A stretch of 63,615 nt of DNA, filler included, from an uncultured Chlamydiae bacterium (GCA_937899275.1; 10 parts of 10 records of this genome joined end to end with filler, not necessarily neighbours in it), one strand, 5' to 3'; positions 1 through 11,448 are shown, counted from the first letter of the whole stretch. Numbers and translations: made by a program. Notes: generated from the letters alone by a model not told the origin.

Positions 1-148
1 GTCCCGATACAACAGCGCCTGTTCTTTTTGCAGCTTCTGCAATATCTTCTGCAGAGCGATCTAAAACGCGTGGATCGTAAGCCTTTAGGCGGATACGGAT
101 TTTTTGTTTCAAAGCCTTTTCTTTGGGGCTTTTTTCTTGTTTTGCCAT
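1..148 (-). CDS. rpsJ: 30S ribosomal protein S10 (5' part, runs off the window edge)
   Basis: Not in the ORF track. Reverse strand from ATG at 148 reads [49 protein letters not shown], the S10 N-terminus; directly downstream of fusA as in Chlamydiae. Confidence 0.95.
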   Translation of the reverse strand, partial: MAKQEKSPKEKALKQKIRIRLKAYDPRVLDRSAEDIAEAAKRTGAVVSG

Positions 149-164
149 GGTTTTATGTTCCTTA

Positions 165-2276
165 TTACGAAAGTAGTTCTTGTTGAATTTTAGCCGGAAC
201 CTTCTCAAAGTGGCTTGGCTCCATCGTGTAGGTTGCCCTTCCTGAGCTAATTGAGCGAAGTTGTGTGGAATAACCAAACATCTCGCTTAACGGTACTTCT
301 GCTGTAATGGTCACAACAGCTTTGCCCATTTCTTGACCTTGAATTTTTCCTCTTCTTCGGTTGATATCTCCAATGACGTCGCCCATATAGTCTTCTGGGG
401 TAGTTACGACCACTTTCATGATCGGCTCTAAGATCACAGGCTTACAGCTAGTGGCTGCTTGTTTTACTGCCATCGATCCGCAGATTTTAAACGCCATTTC
501 GTTCGAGTCTACATCGTGATACGATCCAAATACGATACGCACTTTAACATCGACTAAGTTGAATCCAGCAAGTACTCCTGTAGCAAGTCCTTCTTCAACC
601 CCTTTGATCACTGCAGGTATGTATTCTTTTGGAATAGCTCCACCTACAATTTTGCTGACTACTTCATTGCCTTTTCCTGGCTCGTTTGGCTCGATTTCTA
701 GTACAACGTGAGCGTACTGTCCTCTACCACCTGTCTGTTTTACGAATTTAGTATCGGCTTTGCCAGCTACAGTAATCGTTTCTTTGTAAGAAACTTGCGG
801 TTTGCCGACATTTGCTTCCACTTTAAATTCCCGCATCATCCGGTCCTTTAGGATCTCTAAGTGCAGCTCTCCCATACCTGAGATGATGGTTTCTCCTGTC
901 TCTTCGTGCGTTTGCACGCAGAATGTTGGATCTTCTTCAGAAAGAGCGGAAAGGGCGACAGATAATTTTTCTCTATCAGCTTTTGACTTCGGCTCGATCG
1001 CCATAGAAATCACCGGTTCTGGAAATTCCATCTTTTCTAGTAAAAGAGGGAGGCTTTCCGCACAAAGGGTATCGCCTGTGCCGGTGTTTTTCAGTCCGAT
1101 ACAAGCGGCAATATCGCCTGTGCAAAATTCATCTCGATCTTTTCTTTGGTTTGCGTGCATTTCTAAGAGTCTAGATACGCGCTCTTTTTTTCCTTTTGTT
1201 GTATTCATAACGGTAGAGCCTTTTTTCAAGGTTCCGCTGTAAATACGCACAAACGTTAGTCTACCTACATAAGGATCGGTCATGACTTTGAAAGCAAGGG
1301 CAGAAAGGGGGCTATCGTCTTTTGGGACAAGATCCATTTCTTCGTCAGTATCAGCATTGATCCCTTTGATGATGCCTCGATCTAAAGGAGAGGGCATCCA
1401 GAGGGTAACGGCATCTAATATCTGTTGTACGCCTTTGTTTTTAAAGGCTGTTCCACATAATACAGGGTTAAACTTGTTGCCGCAGACCCCTTTACGAATC
1501 ACCGCATGGATTTCTTCTTCTGTTAAAGAGTTGGGATCTTCCAAGACCTTCATCATAAACGATTCATTTGTCTCGTCGATGGTCGCAAGTTCTTCTAGAA
1601 GAGCTGCGCGCATTTCTTCTGCTTTTTCTTTCAGCTCTGCTGGAATTTCTTCTACAGCATACTCAGCGCCCATGGTTTCATCATTAAACAGGTAAGCTTT
1701 CATGGTGACGAGATCGACCATTCCTTTAAAGTCTGCTTCTGCGCCAATAGGGCAGTGAACAGGAATAGCGTTTGCACCTAGCTTTTCTTTTGTGGATTCT
1801 ACAGCGGCAAAAAAGTCGGCGCCTGTACGATCCATTTTATTGACAAAGATGATTCTAGGAACGCCGTAGGTGTCTGCTTGTCTCCACACGGTTTCTGATT
1901 GAGGTTGCACTCCAGCAACGCCGCAAATCACGTTGATAGCGCCGTCTAATACGCGAAGAGAGCGGGATACTTCTACGGTGAAATCGACGTGTCCAGGGGT
2001 GTCAATGATATTGATTTTGCTGCCGTTCCAATAAATGGTGGTTGCAGCAGAGGTGATGGTGCTGCCGCGCTCTTGCTCTTGGGCCATAAAGTCCATTGTG
2101 GCAGCGCCTTCATGGACCTCTCCGATACGGTGGGATTTTCCTGAATAGAAAAGCATCCTTTCGGTTGTGGTGGTTTTACCGGCGTCGATGTGCGCCATAA
2201 TGCCGATATTGCGTACATTTTCTAATGCATCGGCTTTCGGTCTACTGCTGGATTGTTCTTTATCTCCGTCACTCAT
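165..2276 (-). CDS. fusA: Elongation factor G
   Basis: [30 protein letters not shown] motifs; position in the str operon. Confidence 0.98.
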   Translation of the reverse strand: MSDGDKEQSSSRPKADALENVRNIGIMAHIDAGKTTTTERMLFYSGKSHRIGEVHEGAATMDFMAQEQERGSTITSAATTIYWNGSKINIIDTPGHVDFTVEVSRSLRVLDGAINVICGVAGVQPQSETVWRQADTYGVPRIIFVNKMDRTGADFFAAVESTKEKLGANAIPVHCPIGAEADFKGMVDLVTMKAYLFNDETMGAEYAVEEIPAELKEKAEEMRAALLEELATIDETNESFMMKVLEDPNSLTEEEIHAVIRKGVCGNKFNPVLCGTAFKNKGVQQILDAVTLWMPSPLDRGIIKGINADTDEEMDLVPKDDSPLSALAFKVMTDPYVGRLTFVRIYSGTLKKGSTVMNTTKGKKERVSRLLEMHANQRKDRDEFCTGDIAACIGLKNTGTGDTLCAESLPLLLEKMEFPEPVISMAIEPKSKADREKLSVALSALSEEDPTFCVQTHEETGETIISGMGELHLEILKDRMMREFKVEANVGKPQVSYKETITVAGKADTKFVKQTGGRGQYAHVVLEIEPNEPGKGNEVVSKIVGGAIPKEYIPAVIKGVEEGLATGVLAGFNLVDVKVRIVFGSYHDVDSNEMAFKICGSMAVKQAATSCKPVILEPIMKVVVTTPEDYMGDVIGDINRRRGKIQGQEMGKAVVTITAEVPLSEMFGYSTQLRSISSGRATYTMEPSHFEKVPAKIQQELLS

Positions 2277-2289
2277 ACGTTCTTACCAT

Positions 2290-2760
2290 CTATTTGTAGT
2301 GCGCAAAAGCTTTGTTTGCTTCTGCCATTCGGTGGGTGTCATCTTTCTTTTTGATTGTGCTGCCTTGATTGTTATGGCAGTCGTATAGCTCGATTTGTAG
2401 AGAGTCTTCCATGGATTTGCCTGGCTTAGATCGGGAAAATTGGATGATCCACTTCATGGCAAGAGAGGTTCTTCTCTCAGGAGCAATTTCGATAGGTACT
2501 TGGTAGGTTGCTCCTCCAATTCTGCGCGACTTGACCTCTAAAGAGGGTTTTGCGTTCTCTAGAGCTTCTTCAAAAGCTTCTAAAGCATCATCTTTGTTGA
2601 TGCGCTTTGCAAATTTTTCAATAGCGCGGTATACGATACCTCGAGCTTTTGCTTTTTTTCCTTCGATCATTACTTTGTTGATGAACTTGGCAAGAACAAG
2701 GCTTTTATAGACCGGATCTGGTGCTGTTTTTCGTTTTTCTGCTCGTCTTCTTCTGGACAT
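2290..2760 (-). CDS. rpsG: 30S ribosomal protein S7
   Basis: EVKSRRIGGATYQVP and HRMAEANKAFAHY motifs. Confidence 0.98.
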   Translation of the reverse strand: MSRRRRAEKRKTAPDPVYKSLVLAKFINKVMIEGKKAKARGIVYRAIEKFAKRINKDDALEAFEEALENAKPSLEVKSRRIGGATYQVPIEIAPERRTSLAMKWIIQFSRSKPGKSMEDSLQIELYDCHNNQGSTIKKKDDTHRMAEANKAFAHYK

Positions 2761-2778
2761 AATCTACCTTTATCTTAA

Positions 2779-3150
2779 TTATTTAGGCCGTTTGGCGCCG
2801 TATTTTGATCTGCTTTGCTTGCGGTCTTTTACAGGGCCGCAGTCTAAAGCGCCTCGTATGATATGGTACCGCACGCCAGGAAGGTCTTTTACTCTTCCTC
2901 CACGGACAAGGACAATACTATGTTCTTGCAAATTGTGCCCCTCTCCTGGGATGTAGGCTATGACTTCTTCGCCATTAGATAAACGGACCCACGCAACTTT
3001 TCGAAGAGCCGAGTTTGGCTTTTTGGGGGTTTTCGTCTTCACTTGTAGACAAACGCCTCTTCTTTGGGGGCATTTGACTAAAGCTGGGGACTTGGTTCTC
3101 TTGGTTTTCTTTTTCCGCCCTTTGCGAATAATTTGATTGATTGTGGGCAT
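2779..3150 (-). CDS. rpsL: 30S ribosomal protein S12
   Basis: MPTINQ start, [22 protein letters not shown]. Confidence 0.99.
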   Translation of the reverse strand: MPTINQIIRKGRKKKTKRTKSPALVKCPQRRGVCLQVKTKTPKKPNSALRKVAWVRLSNGEEVIAYIPGEGHNLQEHSIVLVRGGRVKDLPGVRYHIIRGALDCGPVKDRKQSRSKYGAKRPK

Positions 3151-3481
3151 AATGAAGCCTGTCTCCTAAACAAATAGTAAAATGATGTTCCTATAGACAG
3201 TAAATATATAGTGATTGGAGATTTATTTGCAAAAAGATTTCCGCGGCCGGTTTGATTTTTTCTATAAATTTATTGTTTATATTTTTCAATTTTTATTTAA
3301 TTTTTTTAATTAAAATTCATTTTACCAAACTAATTTAAATAAACTCTTTATTATTAAATAAATTATTTATTACAATCCCTTTTAGAGGGTGAGCAGATAA
3401 AACCTTGCTAAAAGCGCTTTGAGCTAACTGTTTTTTTTGGTTTTTCATCTGACTTACCCTCAACTTATATAGGGAGTACAT

Positions 3482-5221
3482 ATGATGACCAGGCCAGCGC
3501 GTACCTTTTTTACCATCCTTTTACTGATTTTTTTTCTGCCTATGGGGCTAAAAGCAGAAGGTCCTTTACAAGAGCGGCATGTCCCTGAAGTTATGGAGCG
3601 GTTTTTTCGGTATCATGTAGAAAAAAAGTCGTTAACTCCTCAAATTGTCAAAAGATGTTTTGCAATGTATATCGCGCATTTTGATCCCGATAAATGCTAC
3701 ATGTTAAAAGAAGAAGTTGCCGCTTTTATATCGATTAGTGATGGAAAGGCAAAAAAAATTGCCCGACGGATGCAGCAGGGAGATTTTTCTGATTTTCACG
3801 AGGTAGATGTAGCTTTGCAAAGGGCAATTATTCGCTCTAGAGAGCTTAGAGAAGATTTAGGAGACTGGGTAAGTCAGGGTTCTCCCAATGCGCACATTAA
3901 ACCGTACACAGACTATGCGGCGGGAAAAGGGGAGCTGAAGATGCGCACCCGGGCGAAATTAACCCGTTTTTTTACGCAGCATCAGCGGCATACGCCCTTA
4001 CAAACAAAAGAGCGCAGAATGCGCCTTGTAGGGCTTTTTGAAGAAAAAATCCAAGAAAAAGAACAGGTCTATCTACACCAAGATACAGAGGGCGATAGCT
4101 TAGATGCGGCCGCTAAGGAAAACAATTTTTGCGTACGGATCTTAAAAGCCTTTGCAAAAAGTTTAGATGCGCATAGCTCGTATTTTAGCGAAGAAGAAGC
4201 AAAAGATATGCGCCTTCACCTTGAAAAGCAGTTTGAAGGTTTTGGTATTGTTCTTGGAGAAAGTATTGATGGAGTATTTATCGCTAAGGTGATCCCCGGC
4301 TCACCTGCAGAAAAAAACGGCAATATTTTTGCGAAAGATCAGGTAGTTGAAGTAGATGGAGATGCGACAAGACAGATGTCTTTTACCCATGTGCTCGATC
4401 GGTTGAAAAAACGGAGTGATCCTCGCCTTGTTTTAGGTTTAAAGCGGAGGGGCGCTGTCTTTTATGTTGAGCTGGAAAAAGCGCCTATTGTTATGGATCA
4501 AGAAAGAATCAGCACTAAATATTCTCCATTTGGAAGCGGCATTATCGGAGCGATTACCCTACGCTCTTTTTACGATAACGGAGGAGACGTTACCAGCGAA
4601 AAAGACATCAAAAAAGCGCTACAGGCCTTAAGAGAAAAAGGGGATATCAAGGGATTGATACTCGATCTTAGAGAAAATGGCGGCGGATTTTTAAGCCAGG
4701 CTGTGAAAGTGGCGAGCCTATTTATCAGTAGCGGCGTTGTGGTGATTTCTAAATATGGACAAAATGAGATGCACTACCTCCGCAGCATAGATCCTAGAAA
4801 AAGTTACGAAGGGCCGCTGCTTATTTTAACCTCAAAGATTTCTGCATCCGCAGCAGAAATCGTAGCGCAGGCGCTACAAGACTACGGCGGTGCGCTTGTA
4901 GCAGGAGATACAAGAAGCTTTGGGAAAGGCGCTATCCAGTATCAGACTATCACCGCTCCTGAAACCGATATCTTTTTCAAAGTCACGATTGGTAAATACT
5001 ATACCGTATCGGGTAGAACAACCCAGATGCGCGGTGTGATCGCAGATATCGTCATACCGACTAGTTTTGCGCCGTTTCTTGTAGGAGAAGAATATTTACA
5101 GCATCCGTTAAAACCCGACTGGGTGCATTCTGCTTATGAAGATCATTTAAGCGATGTGGATCCTAGGGTGAAAGGGTGGCTGAAACAAAACTATACGCCT
5201 TATGTACAAAAAAAATTGACG
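3482..5221 (+). CDS. tsp: Tail-specific (C-terminal processing) S41 protease with PDZ domain; 3' truncated at contig end
   Basis: LDAHSSYFS, GFGIVL PDZ motif, LDLRENGGG, SASAAEI, GKG; divergent from rpsL as in Chlamydia. Confidence 0.92.
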
Positions 5222-5321
5222 NNNNNNNNNNNNNNNNNNNNNNNNNNNNNNNNNNNNNNNNNNNNTTAATTAATTAANNNNNNNNNNNNNNNNNNNNNNN
5301 NNNNNNNNNNNNNNNNNNNNN
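5222..5321. other. Artificial contig linker
   Basis: N-run, TTAATTAATTAA (stops in all six frames), N-run; 100 nt. Confidence 0.99.
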
Positions 5322-5559
5322 CCCCTTGCATCCATTTTAAGAGCTAGGTAGAGCAATAAGAACAGTTCCTTGCAGGTGGGTATCTGTGTATAGCGCAGGT
5401 AATTTTTCTAAAAGAGGGTAGCTGCTTTCCAAAAGAGATCTCGATTTTTTCTCTATTGTAAAGTATTTTTTATAAAAAAACGATTTTGTTATAATGATCA
5501 AGGGTAGTCAGCATGCCCATTTTTTGAGTCTCTACTTTTGATGCATACAACGTAGATAT

Positions 5560-6666
5560 ATGCCTACTGCAGATCGTTCTTATTTTAAACCACATATTTT
5601 ACCTTCCTTGATTGCTCTTTTAGGTATTGCGACAAAGGAGGTAACTAAGCTCTATTTTTTTTTAGCATTATCTGATACGGGCAGATGGGCTCCTATGTAT
5701 GCAGCTCTTTGGATGGGACTAATTGTTGTGTTTTCTACTGTCACCGGTTATGTAACAGATAGAGTCTCGAAAAAACCTGCTTTGATCGCAACGCTGATTT
5801 TTTCGGTTATATCCATATTTTTTATTCGGCAAAAGTATGTTGCCTTAGCCATTGTAATCAATGGTATTTTAGGTAATACCACGGTGGTATCTAGAACGAT
5901 TTACTGTTATCTTCAAGGGAAAAGGTCGAGCGTTTCTGTTATTGCAGAAACGTATTTTGTCCAAGCGCTTCCTTGGGTTTTTCTCTGCACTTTTCCTTGG
6001 GTGTATCTGCATTATGTAAAAGCGGCGGCGCTGTACCTTTCTATCGGAACGCTATTGATAACAATGGGGTTTTTTCAGATGAAGATTTGGAGAAAACCGC
6101 CGCAAAAGCTGCGGTTTTCAGAAAAATTGGGGATGATTCAGGGGGATAGGCTAAGGATTTTTATCGGGTTTTTTCTAGGGGAAATCGCTTACCATTTGAT
6201 GCAGTACTATTTAGATTCTCATTTTCAAGAAAAGATCGTATCCGATGCATTTGCTCTTTTAGGTTTTGGTATTGTAAGCGGCGTATCGGTTCATTTTCTG
6301 ATCCATTTTACGCCTGGATTAAAAGAGATTTGCTTGATCTATACTGCAGCTGCAGGTGTATTTATTGCAGGGGCGATTTCCTATATTTATTTTCCCTCTT
6401 CTTCTTTAATGAGCTTTAGCTACTACTTACCTTTTGCTTCTGTAAGCGCTTTCGGACTTCCTTTAATTTATGCTGGATTTACCCGAAATGTGCTCGTGGA
6501 AGAAAAGGGGTTTTTGCTTGGTTGTTTAGAATCTATTTTAGCTTTAGCTGAATTTCTAGGGCCTTTGCTCGCTACACTAGGTATTTTTGGATTTACCACA
6601 ATGATTGCGCTTTTAAGCCTAGCTGCTGTAATTACCTATAAACCGTCTTATAGAAAAGCTTTTTAA
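5560..6666 (+). CDS. MFS-type transporter
   Basis: Many hydrophobic segments; GYVTDRVSKK resembles MFS motif A; EEKGFLLGCLES resembles the C-terminal loop of DHA1-type transporters. Confidence 0.75.
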   Translation: MPTADRSYFKPHILPSLIALLGIATKEVTKLYFFLALSDTGRWAPMYAALWMGLIVVFSTVTGYVTDRVSKKPALIATLIFSVISIFFIRQKYVALAIVINGILGNTTVVSRTIYCYLQGKRSSVSVIAETYFVQALPWVFLCTFPWVYLHYVKAAALYLSIGTLLITMGFFQMKIWRKPPQKLRFSEKLGMIQGDRLRIFIGFFLGEIAYHLMQYYLDSHFQEKIVSDAFALLGFGIVSGVSVHFLIHFTPGLKEICLIYTAAAGVFIAGAISYIYFPSSSLMSFSYYLPFASVSAFGLPLIYAGFTRNVLVEEKGFLLGCLESILALAEFLGPLLATLGIFGFTTMIALLSLAAVITYKPSYRKAF

Positions 6667-7823
6667 GCTTCTTGTACGATATTGGGAAAAATCTTTTGCC
6701 ATTTTTTGACTAGTATAGCCTGCTCGTCTAATGGAAGCTCTACAATTTGCGTTCTTCCATAATACCCTACAGCGATAATGACGCCTAACAGGGTAAGGGC
6801 CCTTGTCAGCTGAAACTCTTCGCGGTCATTTTCCTCAAATTTTTGGGTGAAGTTCCATGGAAATCCTGCGTTAAGAAGCCATCGATCGTGGAAAAACACC
6901 GCTTCATGGCAAGAGGATAGCGGGGGATGAGGCTGCCTAAAATATAGAGAGTCAAACTCTCGATCAGAAATCGATAAGCTTGCAAAAACGGCTCCTTTTT
7001 TTGCGAGAATCATCTCTTTAGCAGATAGAGATCTCGAGCCTGTGCAACCTAAGACAAGATCGCTTTCTTTTAAACAGGATAAAAAAGCCTTTTTCTTTAA
7101 GAAGTGCCGGTCTTGCTTCTGATCGAAAATCGATACAGGAAAAAGGTCTTGTAGATTTTGCGCTACGCTTTCCCCTAAGTACCCCCGTCCAATAAGAAGG
7201 CATTTTTGCGGTGTGATTGATAAAGCGTCGAGCTGATCGAATAACGCGCGCGTGGCGTAGTGGGCAACTAAAGGCGCTTCATAATGCAGTTTGGCATAAG
7301 ATCTAGCGACGTTAATTACAGGAAAAGAAAGGCGTGAACTTTGAATATCTAACATCCCACAACTGGTATGCTCAATACCAATAAACCTAGGGTCAGCAGG
7401 GCCCCGATTGCTCATTTCCCGAATAAGGAAATTCCCTTCATCTAGAATCACAATTTTATGTAGCCCTTTTTTGCGGATTTTACGCCATCTTTCTGTAACA
7501 AATGCTTTGATGTATTTTTGGTACTGCGCATCAAAAGACTCATGACTGGAAAATGCTAAGCTAAATGAAGATACATCGATTCCTTCTTCACGCATCGTAT
7601 CGTATAAAGCAGGGTCTGTAGAATAGCATTTGCCAATAAGAGAAAGGTGTTTTTTTTCTAAGCCTAATCGAAAAAGGGTATTGATCAGCTGGTAGGTCGA
7701 CTGATTGATATGCTGGGCTGCTACAATATAGGTATATTGCATATCGATCGAGGCGTATTTAGCCCGTAAATACGAGAGTAAAAATAATTCTTCGGTTTTC
7801 GCTGGTTCTTCAAGAGGGATCAT
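6663..7823 (-). CDS. Divergent S-adenosylhomocysteine-hydrolase-like NAD-binding protein
   Basis: AAQHIN, ILDEGNFL, GIEHTSCG, FPVINVARSYAK and GRGYLG parallel, in order, SAHH motifs (CLHMT, LDDGGD, EETTTG, PAINVNDS.TK, GYG.VG). Confidence 0.6.
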   Translation of the reverse strand: MIPLEEPAKTEELFLLSYLRAKYASIDMQYTYIVAAQHINQSTYQLINTLFRLGLEKKHLSLIGKCYSTDPALYDTMREEGIDVSSFSLAFSSHESFDAQYQKYIKAFVTERWRKIRKKGLHKIVILDEGNFLIREMSNRGPADPRFIGIEHTSCGMLDIQSSRLSFPVINVARSYAKLHYEAPLVAHYATRALFDQLDALSITPQKCLLIGRGYLGESVAQNLQDLFPVSIFDQKQDRHFLKKKAFLSCLKESDLVLGCTGSRSLSAKEMILAKKGAVFASLSISDREFDSLYFRQPHPPLSSCHEAVFFHDRWLLNAGFPWNFTQKFEENDREEFQLTRALTLLGVIIAVGYYGRTQIVELPLDEQAILVKKWQKIFPNIVQEA

Positions 7824-7829
7824 GCAATT

Positions 7830-9311
7830 TTATCCATATATAGTTTGTTTTAGGTCTGTAGGTAGGGTATTAAAAAACTCTCCAAACTTTTCAGGAGAGG
7901 TTTGTTCTAAAGTCTTTGCCCACGCAAGGAGGGTATACTTTCTAGAAATGCGCTTTTCTGACTGTAAAGGATCATTTGGGGCTGTTTTCTGGCAAAGGAT
8001 CCATTCGAGTGTTTTTTGCACCCGCTGCATTACAGGATCGAGGACTAAAAACACGCAGGCGCCAGAAAGAAGTACCCTTAACGGCCACATTGTTTCTTTT
8101 GTAGGAGAGTAATCTTGTCCTAAAGCGTCGCCCGGTGCGTAGGAAAAAAAGATGGTGAGTAGAGCAATGATTTTCACCGGCACAGCTGTCCAAAGCATCT
8201 TATCTTCTAGATGCATTCGGTATTTTCCTCTACAAGCTTTGTACGTTACTACAGCAGTTTGTTTTGCTCCTTCTGGGATAGCTTCAAAATTTAAGTAATA
8301 GGAAATCGTCAGATAAAAAAGAGCAAATGCCGATCCTGTCGCTATCGAACCTGCATTTGGAAATCCTACTTTATCTGTCCAATCGACAGTTCCAGCATAG
8401 GCAATAAAGGACAATACCGCTAAGTTCGCAAGGCTACTTGATTATCCCGCCATCCATTGGAAGGCTGTGATGGAGCAAGGCGTTGGTCCTTTTTTTTCTT
8501 CGGGTAAAATAGAGCGGATCATATCTTCTACTTTTTCCTTTAAAGGCTTATTAGAAGTTTTTATCTGGTCCCAATCCTTCATCACATCACGAATAGCGCC
8601 CTCTTGAATAGGCAGGTATCTTTCGCCTGACGAAGAGACATTGGGAAGGTCATCTCTTGTAATGCGGTAAGCTGCATCTTGAATTAAAGAAGCAAGCGTC
8701 AGTTTTTTTGCCTGCATTTCTTTTTCACCTGGTTTTAATAAACGATTTCTATAAAACGCGCAAAAAAGCAGATAGGCAAAATAGATTGTTACGTTGGAAT
8801 CAACACCAAGAAGCATAGCAGGAGCCACAGCATTGTCGGGATTGAGGTTTGATGGTTTATTGTATTTACTGGCAATTTGTGCAAAAGGCACCTGCGCTAC
8901 CACTCCTGCAATTACTGCAGCAACAAGAATCGCGGTTTTTTTGCTAGTAGGTATTGTCGATGCTTTGAGGACCTTTTCTTCTTTTGTCATCGGACTCATA
9001 ATGTCTTGTAAAATATTGAGAAAGCACTCAAATACAAGAATCGAAAATGATACGCACATAGACGTTGCCAAAAACCAGCCATATTCTTTAGAGCTGCTAT
9101 CTCGTAAAGCTAAAGGAACGTAGGAGATGCGCGCAAAAATAGCGGCAACAAAAGACGTCACAATGAGAGATTTCCTAACGCAAGAAGAGCGCGCTTTTTC
9201 CTCCGGCAGCTTTTCTTCGATCACCCGGCTCCCTATATACTGATATAGCGGGTTTGTTTCAGGAGGAAAGCTCTTAGTTTGAATTTTCATATCTACTGCA
9301 TCAACAGACAT
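7830..9311 (-). CDS. Multi-pass membrane protein of unknown function; in-frame TAA at 8442-8444
   Basis: ORFs 8442..9449 and 7830..8414 are in the same frame (QWMAG*SSSLANLAVLSFIAY); likely start is ATG 9311 (MSVDAVDMK); paired hydrophobic segments. Confidence 0.6.
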
Positions 9312-9537
9312 ATACACATCACCAGGCTTGTTTTTCCAAAGCAGATACGCGCAGTCAAAACGCATTTCCGCTAGATATTCATTACGGGTAACATTCTTTT
9401 GGCGGGCTCGTTTTTTGTAAAGAAATACTTTGCATTTAAAATAAGCCACCTCGCATTTTTTATTTTAAAAAAATATTTTGACAAAATCTCGCCTGACTTC
9501 TTAGATTAGGAATCTCTATTATTTTTAGGAGTCAATT

Positions 9538-10200
9538 ATGCCTGTGCCTATGCAGAGCAAAAGAACAATGCATGTAAACATTCCAGGTAATCCCCAGGAA
9601 TCTTCAGTCAATTTTGAAATGTCTGTATCTGGAAGAAGCGATGAAGGCGCCTCTACGCCCACATCGCCTATAAGTCCACCTCGAAAATCACGTATCCTGC
9701 CCAGGTGCAAAGCGCCCCCACCTATTCCACCTAATGACAGCGCTTCTACAATACACACTGTGAGTACAGCTTCAATGAACCCGAGTCAGAGCTCTATCAG
9801 AACTTCCAGAGCTTCGCAAAGCACAGTACCTAGATTTAGCAGCGTAGTAGATAGATCGTTTATCGAAAAAAAATATCCCAATCTACCTAAAGAAAAACCA
9901 AAACAAGAGGACAGCAAGTCAAGCCTGGCAATAAGCTCCACAAAAGAACAACCTTCTAGAATTACGTTTTCTAGAAGGGAATCTACCGTATTATTATCTA
10001 AAGACGCTGCTGCTTCTTCTGATGCTTGGATGCGAGAGGTGGAAAGAAAAATGCAAGAGATCACAACGAACAATAGATACATACCAAAAACGCGCCTTCC
10101 TACAACCTATTGCCTCAATCCTTCCGTTCCTTTTTACGCCAGCGGAGCTCGTTTAGAAGTTCCCAAATATGAGAAGCAGGATGAAGATGATGATTGGTGA
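9538..10200 (+). CDS. Ser/Pro-rich low-complexity hypothetical protein
   Basis: AGGAG RBS upstream; PTSPISPP and PPPIPP motifs; acidic C-terminus EDDDW. Confidence 0.7.
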   Translation: MPVPMQSKRTMHVNIPGNPQESSVNFEMSVSGRSDEGASTPTSPISPPRKSRILPRCKAPPPIPPNDSASTIHTVSTASMNPSQSSIRTSRASQSTVPRFSSVVDRSFIEKKYPNLPKEKPKQEDSKSSLAISSTKEQPSRITFSRRESTVLLSKDAAASSDAWMREVERKMQEITTNNRYIPKTRLPTTYCLNPSVPFYASGARLEVPKYEKQDEDDDW

Positions 10201-10274
10201 TCATTGTTTCGATGTTTTCTGATTGCTGTTAAGATCTTGATAAACAACCGGCGCCCATGAACCTTTGAACCTTT

Positions 10275-11432
10275 ATGACGATCTTATCTTTTTTACGAGG
10301 AAATCCCCAACCAGAGCTGTTGCTTCGCAGTACACCCCCTGGGCCCCAAATAGAACAAGAACAAAAGGAGATACTCGCTTGCGGACTGCCTTCAGAAATG
10401 CCTTCTGCAAGTGAACTACAAAACCAGGTATCAAAAGAGAAAAAGCTACGAGAAAGGGAAATCCGTCAAGAAAAAAAGGAAGAGAAAGAAGAAGTCTATT
10501 GCCTGCAGAAGATTAGAGGTAAATACGTCAAACAAAAAAGCCCTAAGTGGACTTTGCCAGAAGCAAAAAAAGACTTCAAAAACCATCAACAGTATATAAA
10601 ACGTTGGCGTGCGCTCCGCGCCTCTATTCGTACAACAGATCGTATAACTAGTAGAAAAGAGCATTGGACGAAGCATCATGCAGCATGGTTAAAACGGGAG
10701 GCAGATTTTTGGTATCTTCGAGGTGAACTTGTTTTTCCTCGATTGCTTTTACCGATTTGTAAGCTGCTCTCTAAGCATAAAGCGAGGAAGTTCCCTGTAC
10801 GTTTTGATCAGAAAAAAATGTTGGTTTATCCTACAGAAGACCGTCAAGTGATTCTAATCTATGCAGATCCTAAAATATTAAAGATTTTTCAGGGAAATCT
10901 CCATGAAACCAGTAGAGATATCCCGCGTACATTAGCGAAAGATATTGGTGACATTGCTATCAAAACTCTTGTAGGAGGCGCGTATCTTTCCGAAAAAGAT
11001 CGAACCTCTTTGAATCAGCTTAAAAATGAAGGCAAATTTTCTTGTCCTTTCTTGCAGATGTTGAAAAAAGCAAAGGGAGACTTTTTCCCCTATCCTCGAC
11101 AACTTCTATGCCTACAAGAATTAGTAGAAATAGGGGGCATAACCGCTTTGAAAATCAATTATCCCTCTAAGGGGTTTCCTCTTTCTCGCCTAACACCTGC
11201 CTGCTTATCTAAGGCGGTATCCATCGTAAAAAAAGCGCTACAGCAAATCCATAAAGAGGGATATGCTTTTGGTGGGTTTTATCCAAAAAACGTTATGGTC
11301 TCTTATCAACAAACGCTTTTTCCACAAAAAGCGCTTTTTTCCTGCCTAGACAGAGTAAAGAAAAAAACTGTAGAACTTATACAGCAAGACAGCCAGTCTT
11401 TTTTTAAAATTTTTCACGTAGAATTTCCATAG
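10275..11432 (+). CDS. Hypothetical protein with a degenerate kinase-like C-terminus
   Basis: 385-aa ORF; ALQQIHKEGYAFGGFYPKNVMV resembles a kinase catalytic loop. Confidence 0.55.
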   Translation: MTILSFLRGNPQPELLLRSTPPGPQIEQEQKEILACGLPSEMPSASELQNQVSKEKKLREREIRQEKKEEKEEVYCLQKIRGKYVKQKSPKWTLPEAKKDFKNHQQYIKRWRALRASIRTTDRITSRKEHWTKHHAAWLKREADFWYLRGELVFPRLLLPICKLLSKHKARKFPVRFDQKKMLVYPTEDRQVILIYADPKILKIFQGNLHETSRDIPRTLAKDIGDIAIKTLVGGAYLSEKDRTSLNQLKNEGKFSCPFLQMLKKAKGDFFPYPRQLLCLQELVEIGGITALKINYPSKGFPLSRLTPACLSKAVSIVKKALQQIHKEGYAFGGFYPKNVMVSYQQTLFPQKALFSCLDRVKKKTVELIQQDSQSFFKIFHVEFP

Positions 11433-11448
11433 ATTCTTTTGCAAGTTT

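Noticed and set aside
802..2388. Antisense and alternative-frame ORFs over fusA, and similar shadow ORFs throughout the track
   Set aside because: They overlap well-supported genes and have no recognisable motifs.
5337..5432. 31-codon minus-strand ORF (LESSYPLLEKLPALYTDTHLQGTVLIA) loosely resembling the start of the SAHH-like protein
   Set aside because: Too short, the QH motif is absent, and it sits at a contig edge.
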